From NCBI GenBank assembly GCA_963764165.1, contig CAVXRD010000001.1, positions 928,001-992,000 on the forward strand: 64,000 bases of DNA, in the 5' to 3' direction. This document shows positions 46,357 to 56,172 of this stretch, piece by piece. The position numbers and the translations under genes are program-made. Position 1 is the stretch's first letter. Every line of letters starts with the position of its first letter. This DNA comes from an uncultured Verrucomicrobiae bacterium. GTDB taxonomy: Bacteria; Verrucomicrobiota; Verrucomicrobiia; Limisphaerales; Palsa-1400. A model generated the notes under the pieces. The model ran no database searches. It saw only the letters and a program-made list of their open reading frames with translations, and was not told the origin of the DNA.

Positions 46357-48906
46357 CTACAGCCTTGGATCGACCGGCTCGCTTTCGAGGGCCAGCACGC
46401 CGAAGACGCATTCATGCACGCGGCGCAACGGCTCTTTGCGGACGAATCGTTCCAATGATTCCATCCCGAGCGCGAATTCACGGGCGGCCAGCGAACGCTT
46501 GGCGCTCAGCCCACGCGAGCGAAGGCGCTCCAGGTTTTCAGAGGCCGTATACTCGGGGCCGTAGATGATGCGCAGGTATTCGCGGCCTCGGCACTTTACG
46601 GCGGGCTGAATGAGTCCGCGCTGGTTTCTGGCGATAAAATCAAGCGGCTTCACGACCATCCCCTCGCCTCCTTTACCCGTCAATTCCTCCCACCAGCGGA
46701 TGCCTTCGGCTTCGCTTTCGGGATTGGTGACGTCAATCATACGATACGGAGTGGCCGCGAGAATTCCGCCGGCGAGGCGCCCGAGGGTTTGCATGTGCCA
46801 GTCGTGCGGCTTGTCCGTGTGAACTTTGCCTTCCGTTGCCAAAAGATGAAACGGCGCAAGTTTCAAATCGCTTACGGAATTCACCGGCCAGCAATAACGG
46901 CGATATGCCTCGACGTAATCGGCGATCATTTGTTTTCGGGCCAACGTCTTCGCGAGCAATTCCTTCACGTCGAGTCCGCGCGCCAATGCCTGACTCGCGG
47001 CTGACACCTCAGCCTCAAGAGCGGATGACGCCGCTGCGCCAACGGAAGCGTATTGTTGCTTCACCAATTCCTGCGCCTTCGCCGACCACGGCATCAATTC
47101 GCAATCAAGGCAAAGCCAATCGGTTTGAAATTCCTTCCAATAACCCGCCGATGCAACTGCGCCGCGAACCTTCTCAAGAAACTCGCGTTCAAGTTTGGAA
47201 TCATCGAAGAACTGTCGTCCTGTGCGCGTGTGGCAAATGCCAATTTCGCCCTCGGCGTTGCCGAACCGCTTGCGCGCCGAATCTTCATCCCGACACACGA
47301 TCACCACCGCGCGCGAACCCATGTGCTTCTCCTCGCAAATCACGCGCGGCACTCCGGCGTGCCGGTAATAGGCGAACGCTTCGGCCGGATGCTCCAGCAA
47401 ACCCGCCACCTGCGTCGTCTCGCTCGGTGACATTGTCGGCGGCAGGTAAATGAGCCACTTGGGATTCGCGGCGAAACGGCTCATCACTTCGAGCGCGGCG
47501 GTCGCGTTTTCCTCGCGGATCGTGACGTTGCCGTGGAGTCTGGTATTGACGAGGCGCTTTCCGAAAACGTCGGCCAAGTCGAGCAAATCGTCCTGCTGCT
47601 GTTGCGCGGTCAGCGCGGGCGCTTGCGCTTCGGCAGGCAGGAAAGGCTTTTTCGATTCGGCGTAAGTTTTACGCGCGGGAACGGAAACCAATACCTTCTC
47701 TGGATATCGCAGCGCCGTCAGCTTTCCGCCGAAGACGCAGCCAGTATCGATGTTAATCGTGCCGTTCAACCATTCGGGGTCCGGCACCGGCGTGTGCCCA
47801 TAAACCACCATGGCGGTCCCGCGATATTCCGCCGCCCAATTGTATCGCACCGGCAACCCAAATTCGTCCGTCTCGCCTGTCGTCTCACCATATAGTGCGA
47901 AGTCGCGCACCACGCCGGAACCGCGCCCTTGCATCGATTGCTTCATGCCTGCGTGGGCCACGACTAGCTTGCCGCCGTCCAAAATGTAATGGCTCACGAG
48001 ATCGTCAAAAAAATCGGCGGCGTCGCGGGTGAATCCTTTGTGATCCTTTTCGCAGGTTTCAAATTGCGCGAGTGATTCGGCGAGGCCGTGCGTAATCTGG
48101 ACGTCTTTTCCACGAATCTTGCGCATGAATTTTATGTCGTGATTCCCAGGCACGCAAAGCGCGGTGCCCGCCTTCACCGATTCCATGGCGAGGCGCACAA
48201 GCGATGGGCTGTTCGGCCCGCGATCCACCAAATCGCCGACGAACACGATTTTCCGATTCTCCGCGTGCCGCCATGCTCCGCCCGGCTGCTCGCAATAGCC
48301 CAATTTTCCGAGCAACTCCGTCAATTCATCAAAGCAGCCGTGAACGTCGCCGATAATATCGAACGGCCCGCGCTCTTGTTTGAGATTATTCCAAAGCGGC
48401 TCGCGCACGACGACGGCGGCATCAACCTCCTCCACCGATTTCAAAACAAAGACGTGGCGAAAGCCCTCCCGTTGAAGACCGCGCAAGGAACGATGAAGAT
48501 TCTGCGACTGCTGCCGCACCACATGCGGCCCAAAATTCCGGTCGGCGCGCGATTTGTTCCGGTCGTGGGCGAGGCGTTCGGGAACGTCAATGACTATGGC
48601 CACTGGCAGGCAATGAAATTCCCGCGCCAGCTCCACCAGCTGCTTCCGCGATTCGGCCTGCACATTAGTGGCATCGACGACTGTCAAATAACCGGCGGCC
48701 AATCGCTTCCTCGCGACAAAATGCAACACTTCGAACGCATCCTTCGTTGCCGCCTGATTGTTTTCATCATCCGACACCAGCCCCCGGCAATAGTCAGACG
48801 ACAAGATCTCAGTCGATTTGAAATGCTTCCGCGCAAACGTGCTCTTCCCCGACCCGGACACGCCGATCAGGACAACGAGAGAAAGTTCTGGGATGGTGAG
48901 TTGCAT
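46357..48906 (-). CDS. pnkp: polynucleotide kinase-phosphatase-ligase Pnkp (bacterial Pnkp/Hen1 RNA repair)
   Basis: P-loop GVSGSGKST; metallophosphoesterase GDVHG, GDLVDRG, GNHD, YGHTP; ligase EEKHMGSR and EGMVVKP; ends EPVDPRL. Start MQLTIPELS at 48906. Confidence 0.95.
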   Translation of the reverse strand: MQLTIPELSLVVLIGVSGSGKSTFARKHFKSTEILSSDYCRGLVSDDENNQAATKDAFEVLHFVARKRLAAGYLTVVDATNVQAESRKQLVELAREFHCLPVAIVIDVPERLAHDRNKSRADRNFGPHVVRQQSQNLHRSLRGLQREGFRHVFVLKSVEEVDAAVVVREPLWNNLKQERGPFDIIGDVHGCFDELTELLGKLGYCEQPGGAWRHAENRKIVFVGDLVDRGPNSPSLVRLAMESVKAGTALCVPGNHDIKFMRKIRGKDVQITHGLAESLAQFETCEKDHKGFTRDAADFFDDLVSHYILDGGKLVVAHAGMKQSMQGRGSGVVRDFALYGETTGETDEFGLPVRYNWAAEYRGTAMVVYGHTPVPDPEWLNGTINIDTGCVFGGKLTALRYPEKVLVSVPARKTYAESKKPFLPAEAQAPALTAQQQQDDLLDLADVFGKRLVNTRLHGNVTIREENATAALEVMSRFAANPKWLIYLPPTMSPSETTQVAGLLEHPAEAFAYYRHAGVPRVICEEKHMGSRAVVIVCRDEDSARKRFGNAEGEIGICHTRTGRQFFDDSKLEREFLEKVRGAVASAGYWKEFQTDWLCLDCELMPWSAKAQELVKQQYASVGAAASSALEAEVSAASQALARGLDVKELLAKTLARKQMIADYVEAYRRYCWPVNSVSDLKLAPFHLLATEGKVHTDKPHDWHMQTLGRLAGGILAATPYRMIDVTNPESEAEGIRWWEELTGKGGEGMVVKPLDFIARNQRGLIQPAVKCRGREYLRIIYGPEYTASENLERLRSRGLSAKRSLAAREFALGMESLERFVRKEPLRRVHECVFGVLALESEPVDPRL

Positions 48907-49802
48907 CACTGCAAAGAGGCACAACGTTCGAGCGCTAATCGAATTTTTTTGGGATCGCCAATTTTGAGCAACCGCGCTTGCAGCAACACGGGCTTCCATC
49001 TCACGTCAGAGGTGCGCATGACAGTGTTGATGACTTCAGCCACGGCGTCCTCCATAAAAGTCCAATCTCGAGTGCCGATGCTCACATTGAACGTTTCGCT
49101 TCCGACCTCGTTTTGAGAGATTCGGTCAAGCAATTCCAGCATCGGGCGAACGGAACGCGCGTCGCCCCTCCGAGAAAGCCCCACGATGGCTTCGCCTTTG
49201 ATCTCGCCATCGGTTTCCGTTAGCCGCGCGGCAAGAGCTTCTCGAATGGCGGGAGTATCCGCGTCGATCAGCGAACCGAGATTGAATGTCGCCCAATTGC
49301 GAACGTCGAAATCAGGATCGGCGGAGAGTTTAATCAACGCCATGATGGCTTCCTCGTTTTCAAATCCGCCGAGAGCAACTGTGGCCGCGTAACGCACGTC
49401 CGCATTGGCATGTTCTTGAAATCTCAAAATCGCGGGAATGCACCTTTTCTCGTGAAAATGCCCGACTGCGTGCAGCGCTGAAACGAGCGGTTCAATCGCA
49501 GTTTCATCCGCTAACGATGCAAGAAGCAAATCGACGCAGCGCGGCCCATTCCACTTCACAGGCATTCGGCTCTGTCCGAGAATCGTCGCGGCCGAGTCCC
49601 TGGCCATATCGCTTTTACTCTTAAGAAGTTCGACCACGTCATCGATAATGGCAGGCAAACGATATTGCAGCAGACGCATAGGATCCCAAAATGCTTCGTC
49701 GTCGGCATCCATGTCCTTCCTCAACACGAGGTCGATAAGCTCGCCATTTGACCGAGGGTCATTGCGATATTTCTCTTCCAACTCGGGCGACAGAGTCATC
49801 AT
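48906..49802 (-). CDS. HEAT-repeat protein (PBS-lyase/YibA-like)
   Basis: Repeats ARDSAATILGQ, DVRYAATVALG, DVRNWATFNLG, EIKGEAIVGLSRRGD; start and stop overlap both neighbours. Confidence 0.85.
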   Translation of the reverse strand: MMTLSPELEEKYRNDPRSNGELIDLVLRKDMDADDEAFWDPMRLLQYRLPAIIDDVVELLKSKSDMARDSAATILGQSRMPVKWNGPRCVDLLLASLADETAIEPLVSALHAVGHFHEKRCIPAILRFQEHANADVRYAATVALGGFENEEAIMALIKLSADPDFDVRNWATFNLGSLIDADTPAIREALAARLTETDGEIKGEAIVGLSRRGDARSVRPMLELLDRISQNEVGSETFNVSIGTRDWTFMEDAVAEVINTVMRTSDVRWKPVLLQARLLKIGDPKKIRLALERCASLQ

Positions 49803-51205
49803 TGTCTTCCCTCGATGACAGCCATCTGAGTTGGCGAACCCACCGCTTGATCTTCGGGGCCGATGGAAACGAAACGCGCGCTGTAACCGAACCGCACGGC
49901 GACGCCATTCGCCCACTTCTGAAACTCAGCGCGAGTCCACTCGAAGCGGTGGTCGCGGTGGCGGAATTTTCCGGCGGGGAGTGTTTCCCATTTCACGTTG
50001 TATTCGCTGTTGGGCGTCGTGATGACGACGGTTGCCGGGCGAGCGCACTCGAAAAGCACTCGCTCGAAGGCGGCGAGGCGCGGGGGATCGAGATGCTCGA
50101 TTACCTCGACCACGGCGGCGGCGTCAAACCCGGACAGGCGCTCGTCGCGGTAAATCAGCGAGCCGTGGATGAGGCGGAGGCGCTTCTTTTGCAGTTCGGG
50201 CATCCGATCGTAATGCAAACGCTCGCTGGCAATTTCCAAAGCGCGATGCGAAACATCCATTCCGACAATTTCGGTGAATTGCCGCTCTTTCAGCAATGCT
50301 TGCAACAGCTTGCCCTCGCCGCAGCCAAGATCCAGCACACGGGTAGCGCCGCTCGATTTCAGCACGGCAAGCACAGAGCCTAATCGCTGCTCGTTGAGGC
50401 TGATGGTGCGCTCCACGACTTCCTCTTCTTGACTGTGCGCCTCCGCGGCGGCATCCGGATCCACTTCCGTGTCGGCCACCAATCGCACGAGGGCATCGTC
50501 CACCAGGCTGCGCTTGTGCTTCAAATAGCGGCGCGTGATGGCATCGCGCTCGGGATGGGTTGTGAGCCAGCCTTCGCCATGGCGCAGGAGCTTTTCCACT
50601 TCATCGTCGCCCACCCAATAGTGCTTGTCGTTGTCAAGAACAGGGGTCAGCACATACAAATGCGTCAACAATTGCCGAAGCGGAATGCTGTTCGCGAGTT
50701 CGACCTGGTGATATGCGCTCTCACCCCACTCGGGAAAACGCTCGTCCAGCGGCAAACGGCGGGCGGCGATGGTGTAGCCGAGCGGCTCAAATAATTTGCG
50801 CAAAAATTCCCCGCCCCCGCGGCATGGCAGCGCTGAGAGTGAAATGCTCAAAGGCAACGCCGCCCCGATCAGGTCAGGCCGCTCTTTGCTGCTGCCGGAA
50901 AGCGCGCTTCCGAAAACCTCCGCAATCGCAACGCTCAGAAACGACGACGCGGCGTACGGGCGATCATTGACATATTGCTCCAGCAAACCGCCTTCGCCCG
51001 CCGGCCCGCGCCGATTCCGCACCAATCCGACTGGATCCACCTCGACCTGCAGCGCCACCGTGCAGCGTTTCTCGTTCGCCTCGGGATAAAAGACATTCGC
51101 AACGCCAAAGGTCAGAGGAAACGATTGGACACGCGCGGGATTCTTGCGCAGCAGGAATCCGATGTCTGTCGCCGGCCGATGCGTTGTGGAAATTGTCAAT
51201 AACAT
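49799..51205 (-). CDS. hen1: 3'-terminal RNA ribose 2'-O-methyltransferase Hen1
   Basis: MLLTISTTHRPATDIGFLLRKNP N-terminal domain, YVNDRPYAASSFLSVA, SAM motif LDLGCGEG, VEVIEHLD, FRHRDHRFEWTR. Confidence 0.96.
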   Translation of the reverse strand: MLLTISTTHRPATDIGFLLRKNPARVQSFPLTFGVANVFYPEANEKRCTVALQVEVDPVGLVRNRRGPAGEGGLLEQYVNDRPYAASSFLSVAIAEVFGSALSGSSKERPDLIGAALPLSISLSALPCRGGGEFLRKLFEPLGYTIAARRLPLDERFPEWGESAYHQVELANSIPLRQLLTHLYVLTPVLDNDKHYWVGDDEVEKLLRHGEGWLTTHPERDAITRRYLKHKRSLVDDALVRLVADTEVDPDAAAEAHSQEEEVVERTISLNEQRLGSVLAVLKSSGATRVLDLGCGEGKLLQALLKERQFTEIVGMDVSHRALEIASERLHYDRMPELQKKRLRLIHGSLIYRDERLSGFDAAAVVEVIEHLDPPRLAAFERVLFECARPATVVITTPNSEYNVKWETLPAGKFRHRDHRFEWTRAEFQKWANGVAVRFGYSARFVSIGPEDQAVGSPTQMAVIEGRQ

Positions 51206-51224
51206 GGTGTGCCCGCAATTTCCC

Positions 51225-51305
51225 AGGTAGGGACGCCTCGCCGAGGCGTCCGGGGTGAGGCGGGGTTCACGCGCAACCGGACGCCTCGGCGAGGCGTCCC
51301 TACCT
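51225..51305. repeat. REP doublet (REPIN-like), GTAG-type
   Basis: Perfect 29-bp inverted repeat AGGTAGGGACGCCTCGCCGAGGCGTCCGG (51225-51253 / 51277-51305); each arm is itself palindromic. Confidence 0.85.
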
Positions 51306-51313
51306 TTGCTCTG

Positions 51314-54300
51314 TCAATCCTTCTCCAGCAGGAAGGCTTTGGCGCTTTTGCGACCGAGGGTGGATTCCACTTTCAGCAGCGCGGCGTAATCCGGCGGCGG
51401 GATGATGGCGGGGCTTGTCGCAAATTCATGTGTGATCGCCCATTGGCCGGCGCTGTCGTTGGAGGTGATGAGCGCTTTTCCGCTGCCGTCGGGCGCGTCG
51501 AGCGTTTGGCTGCCGGGCGCCATCACGACGTGGCGGAAACCCGGCGGCAAATCGATTTCCGTGCGCACGGTGAATTGCCCGCCGTGCGAAATGTAGAGCG
51601 GCAGCGCGCGGCGATCCGCCCCGACCGGCAGGAGCGACGGCGTGAAGGGCAGATCAAAGTAGAAGTATTTTCCGTCCAGCACACTGTAATTATCCACGTC
51701 GGCGGTGAATTGCTCCACGCCGGGATAGGTGTCGAAATGGGTCGTCAAATCGCCCACGGCGTGCGCGCCCTGCGCCAGGCCGGAGACGACTTCCTGGAAG
51801 TAGCGGCGGCGTTCTTCCGGCGGCAATTCGGAGAAGTAGCGGTTTTTGCCGTTGAACTCCGAGCCGTAATAATGGCGAGTCACCTTGACCCGCGTCTTGC
51901 CCGTGTTGTCCGGCGAAAGCGTGTAAATTTCCTCCACTTTGTTCTCGCAGCCCGGCGCGGCATGGATCACTTCCGGCGCGCCCGTGGCGAGCGAAATTCC
52001 CATGCGCCCGTCGAACACGGTCGAACCGAGCTTGGCGTATTGATCGGTGTCATTCAGGTAATAATTGGTGCCGTCAACTTCGACCCGCACCGCCGGGTGA
52101 TCGAAATTGCGCGGCAACGGGAATGTCAGCGCGACGTTGGTAATGCCGCCAATGGGAGGCAATTGGGAAGCCAGCACGATCTCCGGCTTGAATCCCGCGG
52201 CGCTAAGCATCGCGTAGTACAGAATGGCGCGATCGGCTGCATGGCCATAGCCGTCAGCGAGCGTCGTGTCGGCGGCGGAAAGTTCGCTCAGCGGCAAGTC
52301 CATGAAGGACGGCCCGGCGAGGCGAATCGACTTGGCGATGAAGTCTCTCACCGCGGTGAGAGTTTCAATTTTTCCGTGCGCTTGCGCGGCCAGTTCCGCG
52401 CCTTTGGCGGAAGCCTTGGCGCTTTGTGACGCGCGATTGAGCATCGTCTCCTGCAATTCCTTGAGGTAGGCGGTCATGTCTCCCGCAAAATAGCTGACGC
52501 CAGAATTGTAAACCCATTCCGGCGGCAACGAGGGTTCTTGCGGCAGCGCTTTCACATGCTCGACTTCCCAGCGGGTGATTTTCTTTCCATCCTTCTCGCT
52601 GCTTTCGACTCTGATGGCGCCGGACTTTCCGCTGACATACTCTTTGACGGGAACGCCGTCCGGCGCTGTCAAGGTGAACGATTTTTTATCCAGTTCATCG
52701 GGCAACTGAAACGATTCAAAGCCAGATTGAAACGGGGTATTGGTCGTCGTGATTTCAAAACCGACGTCAATAATAGAACCGATTTCCACGCTGGGAAGAT
52801 TGGCCACCAGGATTTTCTCGCCGGTGTAGCGTTTGGCCGAGGCGTTCCAGCCAGCGTCCATCACGTTCATTTCACCCGCCGCGATTTCCTTTTTCTCGCC
52901 GGTTTTTGAGGTGACGGTGCCGTGGGTCAAACGCGCCGTCTGGCACGCCGGGTTGTAGGGAATTTTTATTTCCGATTCGCGAATTTTTCCGGCGTAGGTC
53001 AGGATGCGCTTGGAGAAATTGACCTTCAAAGTGGATGTGTGCGCGTCAATGATTTCCATCTCCTTCTTGCTTTCGATGATTTCCGCATTGGACGGCACGG
53101 ACTGCGCTTCGACTTCCGCTTCCGCCACGGCGGGCGCTGCGGCGGCTTCCGAGACGGCGAGAATTGGCGCTTTGCGCTGGTCGTATTCCATCGATTTCAA
53201 GGTCTGCTTCAGGGTGGCGTAATCGCTCGGGGCAAACTCCACCACCTTAAGCGTCAGCTCGCGGGAACCGGTCAGGATGCCGTCTTTGTCAGCGACTTTC
53301 TCGTGGAAGGCAAGGCTTGGATCGTCGATGGCCGAATAGGTGGGGAGCGAAATGGCGTCGCCAAACCCGCTGCCCAACTTGATCGAAACAGCCTCCGCCA
53401 AACCGCAGGCAACGGACGTTTGCATCGGATATTTGCGCTTGTCCAATCCGGCCCCGTTCAGGATGAAATTGACCACGCCGAAATCTTTTCCGATCCATGG
53501 CAGGTTCACGATCGCTTTGCCGTGGCCGGTCGCGGTCAAACCTTCAGCGGTGAATTCCATCTCAGCGTGAAGGGCGGAAGTCATGTCAGCCATGTCCTCC
53601 GGCGTGACTTTCAGCGAGCGGAGGCGCGCGCCGGGCATGGCGCCTTTGAGGTTGCGCTCAAAAAAACGGCGGCGGTCATCTTCCTTCATGTGGGAAAAGG
53701 CATTGCGATAGGCGTCGTCGTTGACGCCGTCAAAATAAAGATCCGATTTCGCCTCCAGTTTTCCCTCGGCGGTGAGGCTGCCGGTGGTCACGACGCGCAT
53801 GAGGTGGTCCTGCGGCGGCTGCACCGGGCTGATCTTCAAGCCCTCGCCTTCCGGACGGCACACCAGAAAGCTCTGGTCGCAATCGCTGGTGGGCAGAAGC
53901 GCGCGGGTGTTTTCATCGGTGGGATCCATCAGGAGATAATCACCATCCTTCATTTGCACACTGACGATGGCGTGATTGAAATCGGGATCCGGAACTTCTT
54001 TATCGCGCTTGGTGCCGACGCTGATGAGCACTGGATAGGCGTCTTCGCCAGCCTCGCGGAGCATCGAAACGAGCAGCGCGGCTTTGTCGCGGCAGACGCC
54101 GTATTTTTTGCCGTAGGTCACCTCAACATCGTGCGGCTCAAAACCGGGCCGATCCTTCTCCGGCGTCAGCCCCATGTAACGGATATTCTTGGAGACGTAA
54201 TAAAAAACAGATTTGATGCGCTCCATTTCAGAAGTCACGCCGTTGGTGAGTTTGCTGACTTCCTGTTTCATTTCCGGCGTCGTCGCGTCGAGATGGGATT

Positions 54301-55159
54301 TGCTCAGGTTCCAATACCATTTCGAAACCGTCTGCCAGTCGGGCATGGTGCTGACGAACAGGCGCTGCAGCGTCATTTCGTACGGCGGCATGGATGGCTC
54401 GTCGAACATGCGCGGGACATTTTGCACTTCCCAATGATGAATCGTGCCGCCGTCATCGGCCGCCTTCTTGGTGTAGACGACGGTGTTGGGGACTTCATCG
54501 CGAAGGGCGATGCGCACCAGCGGGCGGTCAGCCGGAGCGTGAACTTCATAGGAAGTGTGGAGCACGAAACTGGAGCCTTCAAACACGCTTTCCTCCGCGT
54601 ATTGGCCTTCGATGTAAGCGCGATTGATGCTGACGCGGGCAACTGAATGAACGACATCGCCAATCTCAACGCCAGGAATGTTGACCTGGAGAATTTTGCT
54701 GTTGGGATCATAAATATTCATTGCCATCTGGCTGTCATCAATCGTTTCCTTTGAATTGGCGGCGACATCGACGGGGACGGCCTTTCCGCCGGGCTTGATG
54801 ATCTCCAGGCTTGGCACCGTCACGGTCGTGTAGGGCAGCATGAAACTGAGCGTGAGCGTGCGGTTGTTGCGTCGGCCCTTTTCGGTGAGAACCTTGGTGT
54901 AGGTTTCGTCCTGGCATTCGCCCGTGCCGTCGGAGCGGTAGATGCGCATCAATTTCCGGTCGACGATGGCGTCGTCGCAATCGGGATATTTGGCAAGCGT
55001 GATTTCACCGGCGGCGGCGAGGACTTTTTGTGGATCAAGCAGCGACCAAATCGGGCCGGAATAGTCGTTGGTGTGGGCGCAGACCGCGCTGGTGAAGGCC
55101 ACGAAAATGGCGGCGAACACAGCCACGGCAAAACGAATGGGCTTTGAGCAGTAATTCAT
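51314..55159 (-). CDS. secreted protein with tandem DUF3857 + transglutaminase-like domains
   Basis: Signal peptide; first half has YGVCRDKAALL...FNHAIV...LMDPT (Cys-His-Asp); second half has GYGHAADRAIL...FDHPAV. Start at ATG 55159 inferred. Confidence 0.85.
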   Translation of the reverse strand: MNYCSKPIRFAVAVFAAIFVAFTSAVCAHTNDYSGPIWSLLDPQKVLAAAGEITLAKYPDCDDAIVDRKLMRIYRSDGTGECQDETYTKVLTEKGRRNNRTLTLSFMLPYTTVTVPSLEIIKPGGKAVPVDVAANSKETIDDSQMAMNIYDPNSKILQVNIPGVEIGDVVHSVARVSINRAYIEGQYAEESVFEGSSFVLHTSYEVHAPADRPLVRIALRDEVPNTVVYTKKAADDGGTIHHWEVQNVPRMFDEPSMPPYEMTLQRLFVSTMPDWQTVSKWYWNLSKSHLDATTPEMKQEVSKLTNGVTSEMERIKSVFYYVSKNIRYMGLTPEKDRPGFEPHDVEVTYGKKYGVCRDKAALLVSMLREAGEDAYPVLISVGTKRDKEVPDPDFNHAIVSVQMKDGDYLLMDPTDENTRALLPTSDCDQSFLVCRPEGEGLKISPVQPPQDHLMRVVTTGSLTAEGKLEAKSDLYFDGVNDDAYRNAFSHMKEDDRRRFFERNLKGAMPGARLRSLKVTPEDMADMTSALHAEMEFTAEGLTATGHGKAIVNLPWIGKDFGVVNFILNGAGLDKRKYPMQTSVACGLAEAVSIKLGSGFGDAISLPTYSAIDDPSLAFHEKVADKDGILTGSRELTLKVVEFAPSDYATLKQTLKSMEYDQRKAPILAVSEAAAAPAVAEAEVEAQSVPSNAEIIESKKEMEIIDAHTSTLKVNFSKRILTYAGKIRESEIKIPYNPACQTARLTHGTVTSKTGEKKEIAAGEMNVMDAGWNASAKRYTGEKILVANLPSVEIGSIIDVGFEITTTNTPFQSGFESFQLPDELDKKSFTLTAPDGVPVKEYVSGKSGAIRVESSEKDGKKITRWEVEHVKALPQEPSLPPEWVYNSGVSYFAGDMTAYLKELQETMLNRASQSAKASAKGAELAAQAHGKIETLTAVRDFIAKSIRLAGPSFMDLPLSELSAADTTLADGYGHAADRAILYYAMLSAAGFKPEIVLASQLPPIGGITNVALTFPLPRNFDHPAVRVEVDGTNYYLNDTDQYAKLGSTVFDGRMGISLATGAPEVIHAAPGCENKVEEIYTLSPDNTGKTRVKVTRHYYGSEFNGKNRYFSELPPEERRRYFQEVVSGLAQGAHAVGDLTTHFDTYPGVEQFTADVDNYSVLDGKYFYFDLPFTPSLLPVGADRRALPLYISHGGQFTVRTEIDLPPGFRHVVMAPGSQTLDAPDGSGKALITSNDSAGQWAITHEFATSPAIIPPPDYAALLKVESTLGRKSAKAFLLEKD

Positions 55160-55193
55160 AAATAACGAAAAGACTGGTGGCAATTTACCCCAG

Positions 55194-55210
55194 AGCGAGG
55201 TTCGTGCCAG
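55194..55210 (-). promoter_or_regulatory. possible sigma54 (-24/-12) promoter for the DUF3857 gene
   Basis: CTGGCACGAACCTCGCT versus consensus YTGGCACG-N4-TTGCW (one mismatch), ~35 nt upstream of the ATG. Confidence 0.35.
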
Positions 55211-55576
55211 AAAATTTGTTTGGGTGCGCCGAGACGCGGGTGCCCGTTCCCGTTTTCGAGATTCAAGGCCATTGGCGTTTTTTTGAAAATCTACCGATAA
55301 TTAGTGTTATTTAGCGGTAATTAGCGTAAATCTCCGCGCATTGTTCCAGCGCCTCGTTGCCGCCGGTTTTCTTGCATTTCACATTCATGGCAGAAGCATC
55401 CTGGCATATCCCGAAGCAAACAGAAAACCTACCCGAGGTTTTTTGGCACGATTTTTGGAGGCAAAATTGAATCTGGTACGACCGGACTCAGGAAACGAGG
55501 CATTTTTCAGTGAAGGCGCGCTAGTCCGTCTTGGCACGCTTTGACATGGTCGCAGATTTGGGATGAAAACTATCTG

Positions 55577-55814
55577 ATGCAAACGACCGTTCAGCTCAAC
55601 GACGACTTGCTGGCGCAAGCCACTCAAATGGCGCGCGAGAAAGGTTATGATCTGATCACACCTTATCGCGGAGACGTTGCGCGATAAGATTGCGTCCAGT
55701 CCGTCTCCTGCGCCGTTTCTGGGATTGGAAACCTTCGGCGGCGAAGGAGCGCATCCTAGTGTAGATTTGAATAACTCGGCTGCACTATTGGATTTTATAG
55801 AACGGGGCGAATGA
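55577..55814 (+). pseudogene. frameshifted VapB-like antitoxin
   Basis: MQTTVQLNDDLLAQATQMAREKGYDL, then in the +1 frame SHLIAETLRDKI...LETFGGEGAHPSVDLNNSAALLDFIERGE*. Confidence 0.7.
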
Positions 55815-55890
55815 TTTTGGTGGACGTCAGTGTTTTGGTATATGCTCATCGCCGGGAATCAGGAGATCATGATCGCTATCGGCAGTGGGG
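55811..55890 (+). pseudogene. truncated VapC/PIN toxin (first ~26 codons)
   Basis: MILVDVSVLVYAHRRESGDHDRYRQW matches a PIN-domain N-terminus; ATGA overlap with the antitoxin; similarity then stops. Confidence 0.7.
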
Positions 55891-55896
55891 ATTGAC

Positions 55897-56073
55897 TCAC
55901 TTCGGATTTTTTGACGATTTCCCAATTCGGTTCAAAACAACACAAAATAGAATGAGCGCCGCCAGCGCGTTTGTTAGCCCGTTGAATGTCAATCGGTCCA
56001 TGGCGTAAAAGAAAAGGATGGCCAGGAATGCCACCACCACCAGAACTGAAAAAATGCCTTCAAATCGACGCAT
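55897..56073 (-). CDS. small membrane protein (58 aa, two hydrophobic segments)
   Basis: MRRFEGIFSVLVVVAFLAILFFYAMDRLTFNGLTNALAALILFCVVLNRIGKSSKNPK*; GAGGA upstream. Confidence 0.5.
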   Translation of the reverse strand: MRRFEGIFSVLVVVAFLAILFFYAMDRLTFNGLTNALAALILFCVVLNRIGKSSKNPK

Positions 56074-56172
56074 TTGCTTTCCTCGGATTCGATTTCGGTT
56101 GGGGCCGGCTGGATTGCCACCCAGCTAAAGCCTTCGTTCCTGAGTTCGGTCGTTCCTGATTAAATCATCTTT

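Noticed and set aside
48907..48999. ORF-track N-terminal extension of Pnkp (likewise HEAT to 49916, fabF from 2643, kinase from 7692, prepilin from 57213)
   Set aside because: Extensions overlap neighbouring genes or scars; downstream ATGs give coupled or family-typical starts.
52922..54646. 574-aa plus-strand ORF (also 51209-52429, 48088-49116)
   Set aside because: Antisense shadows of well-supported minus-strand genes in GC-rich DNA; no recognisable motifs.
55295..55330. Short TAATTAG/TATTTAG tandem motif
   Set aside because: Only three degenerate copies; no function can be supported.
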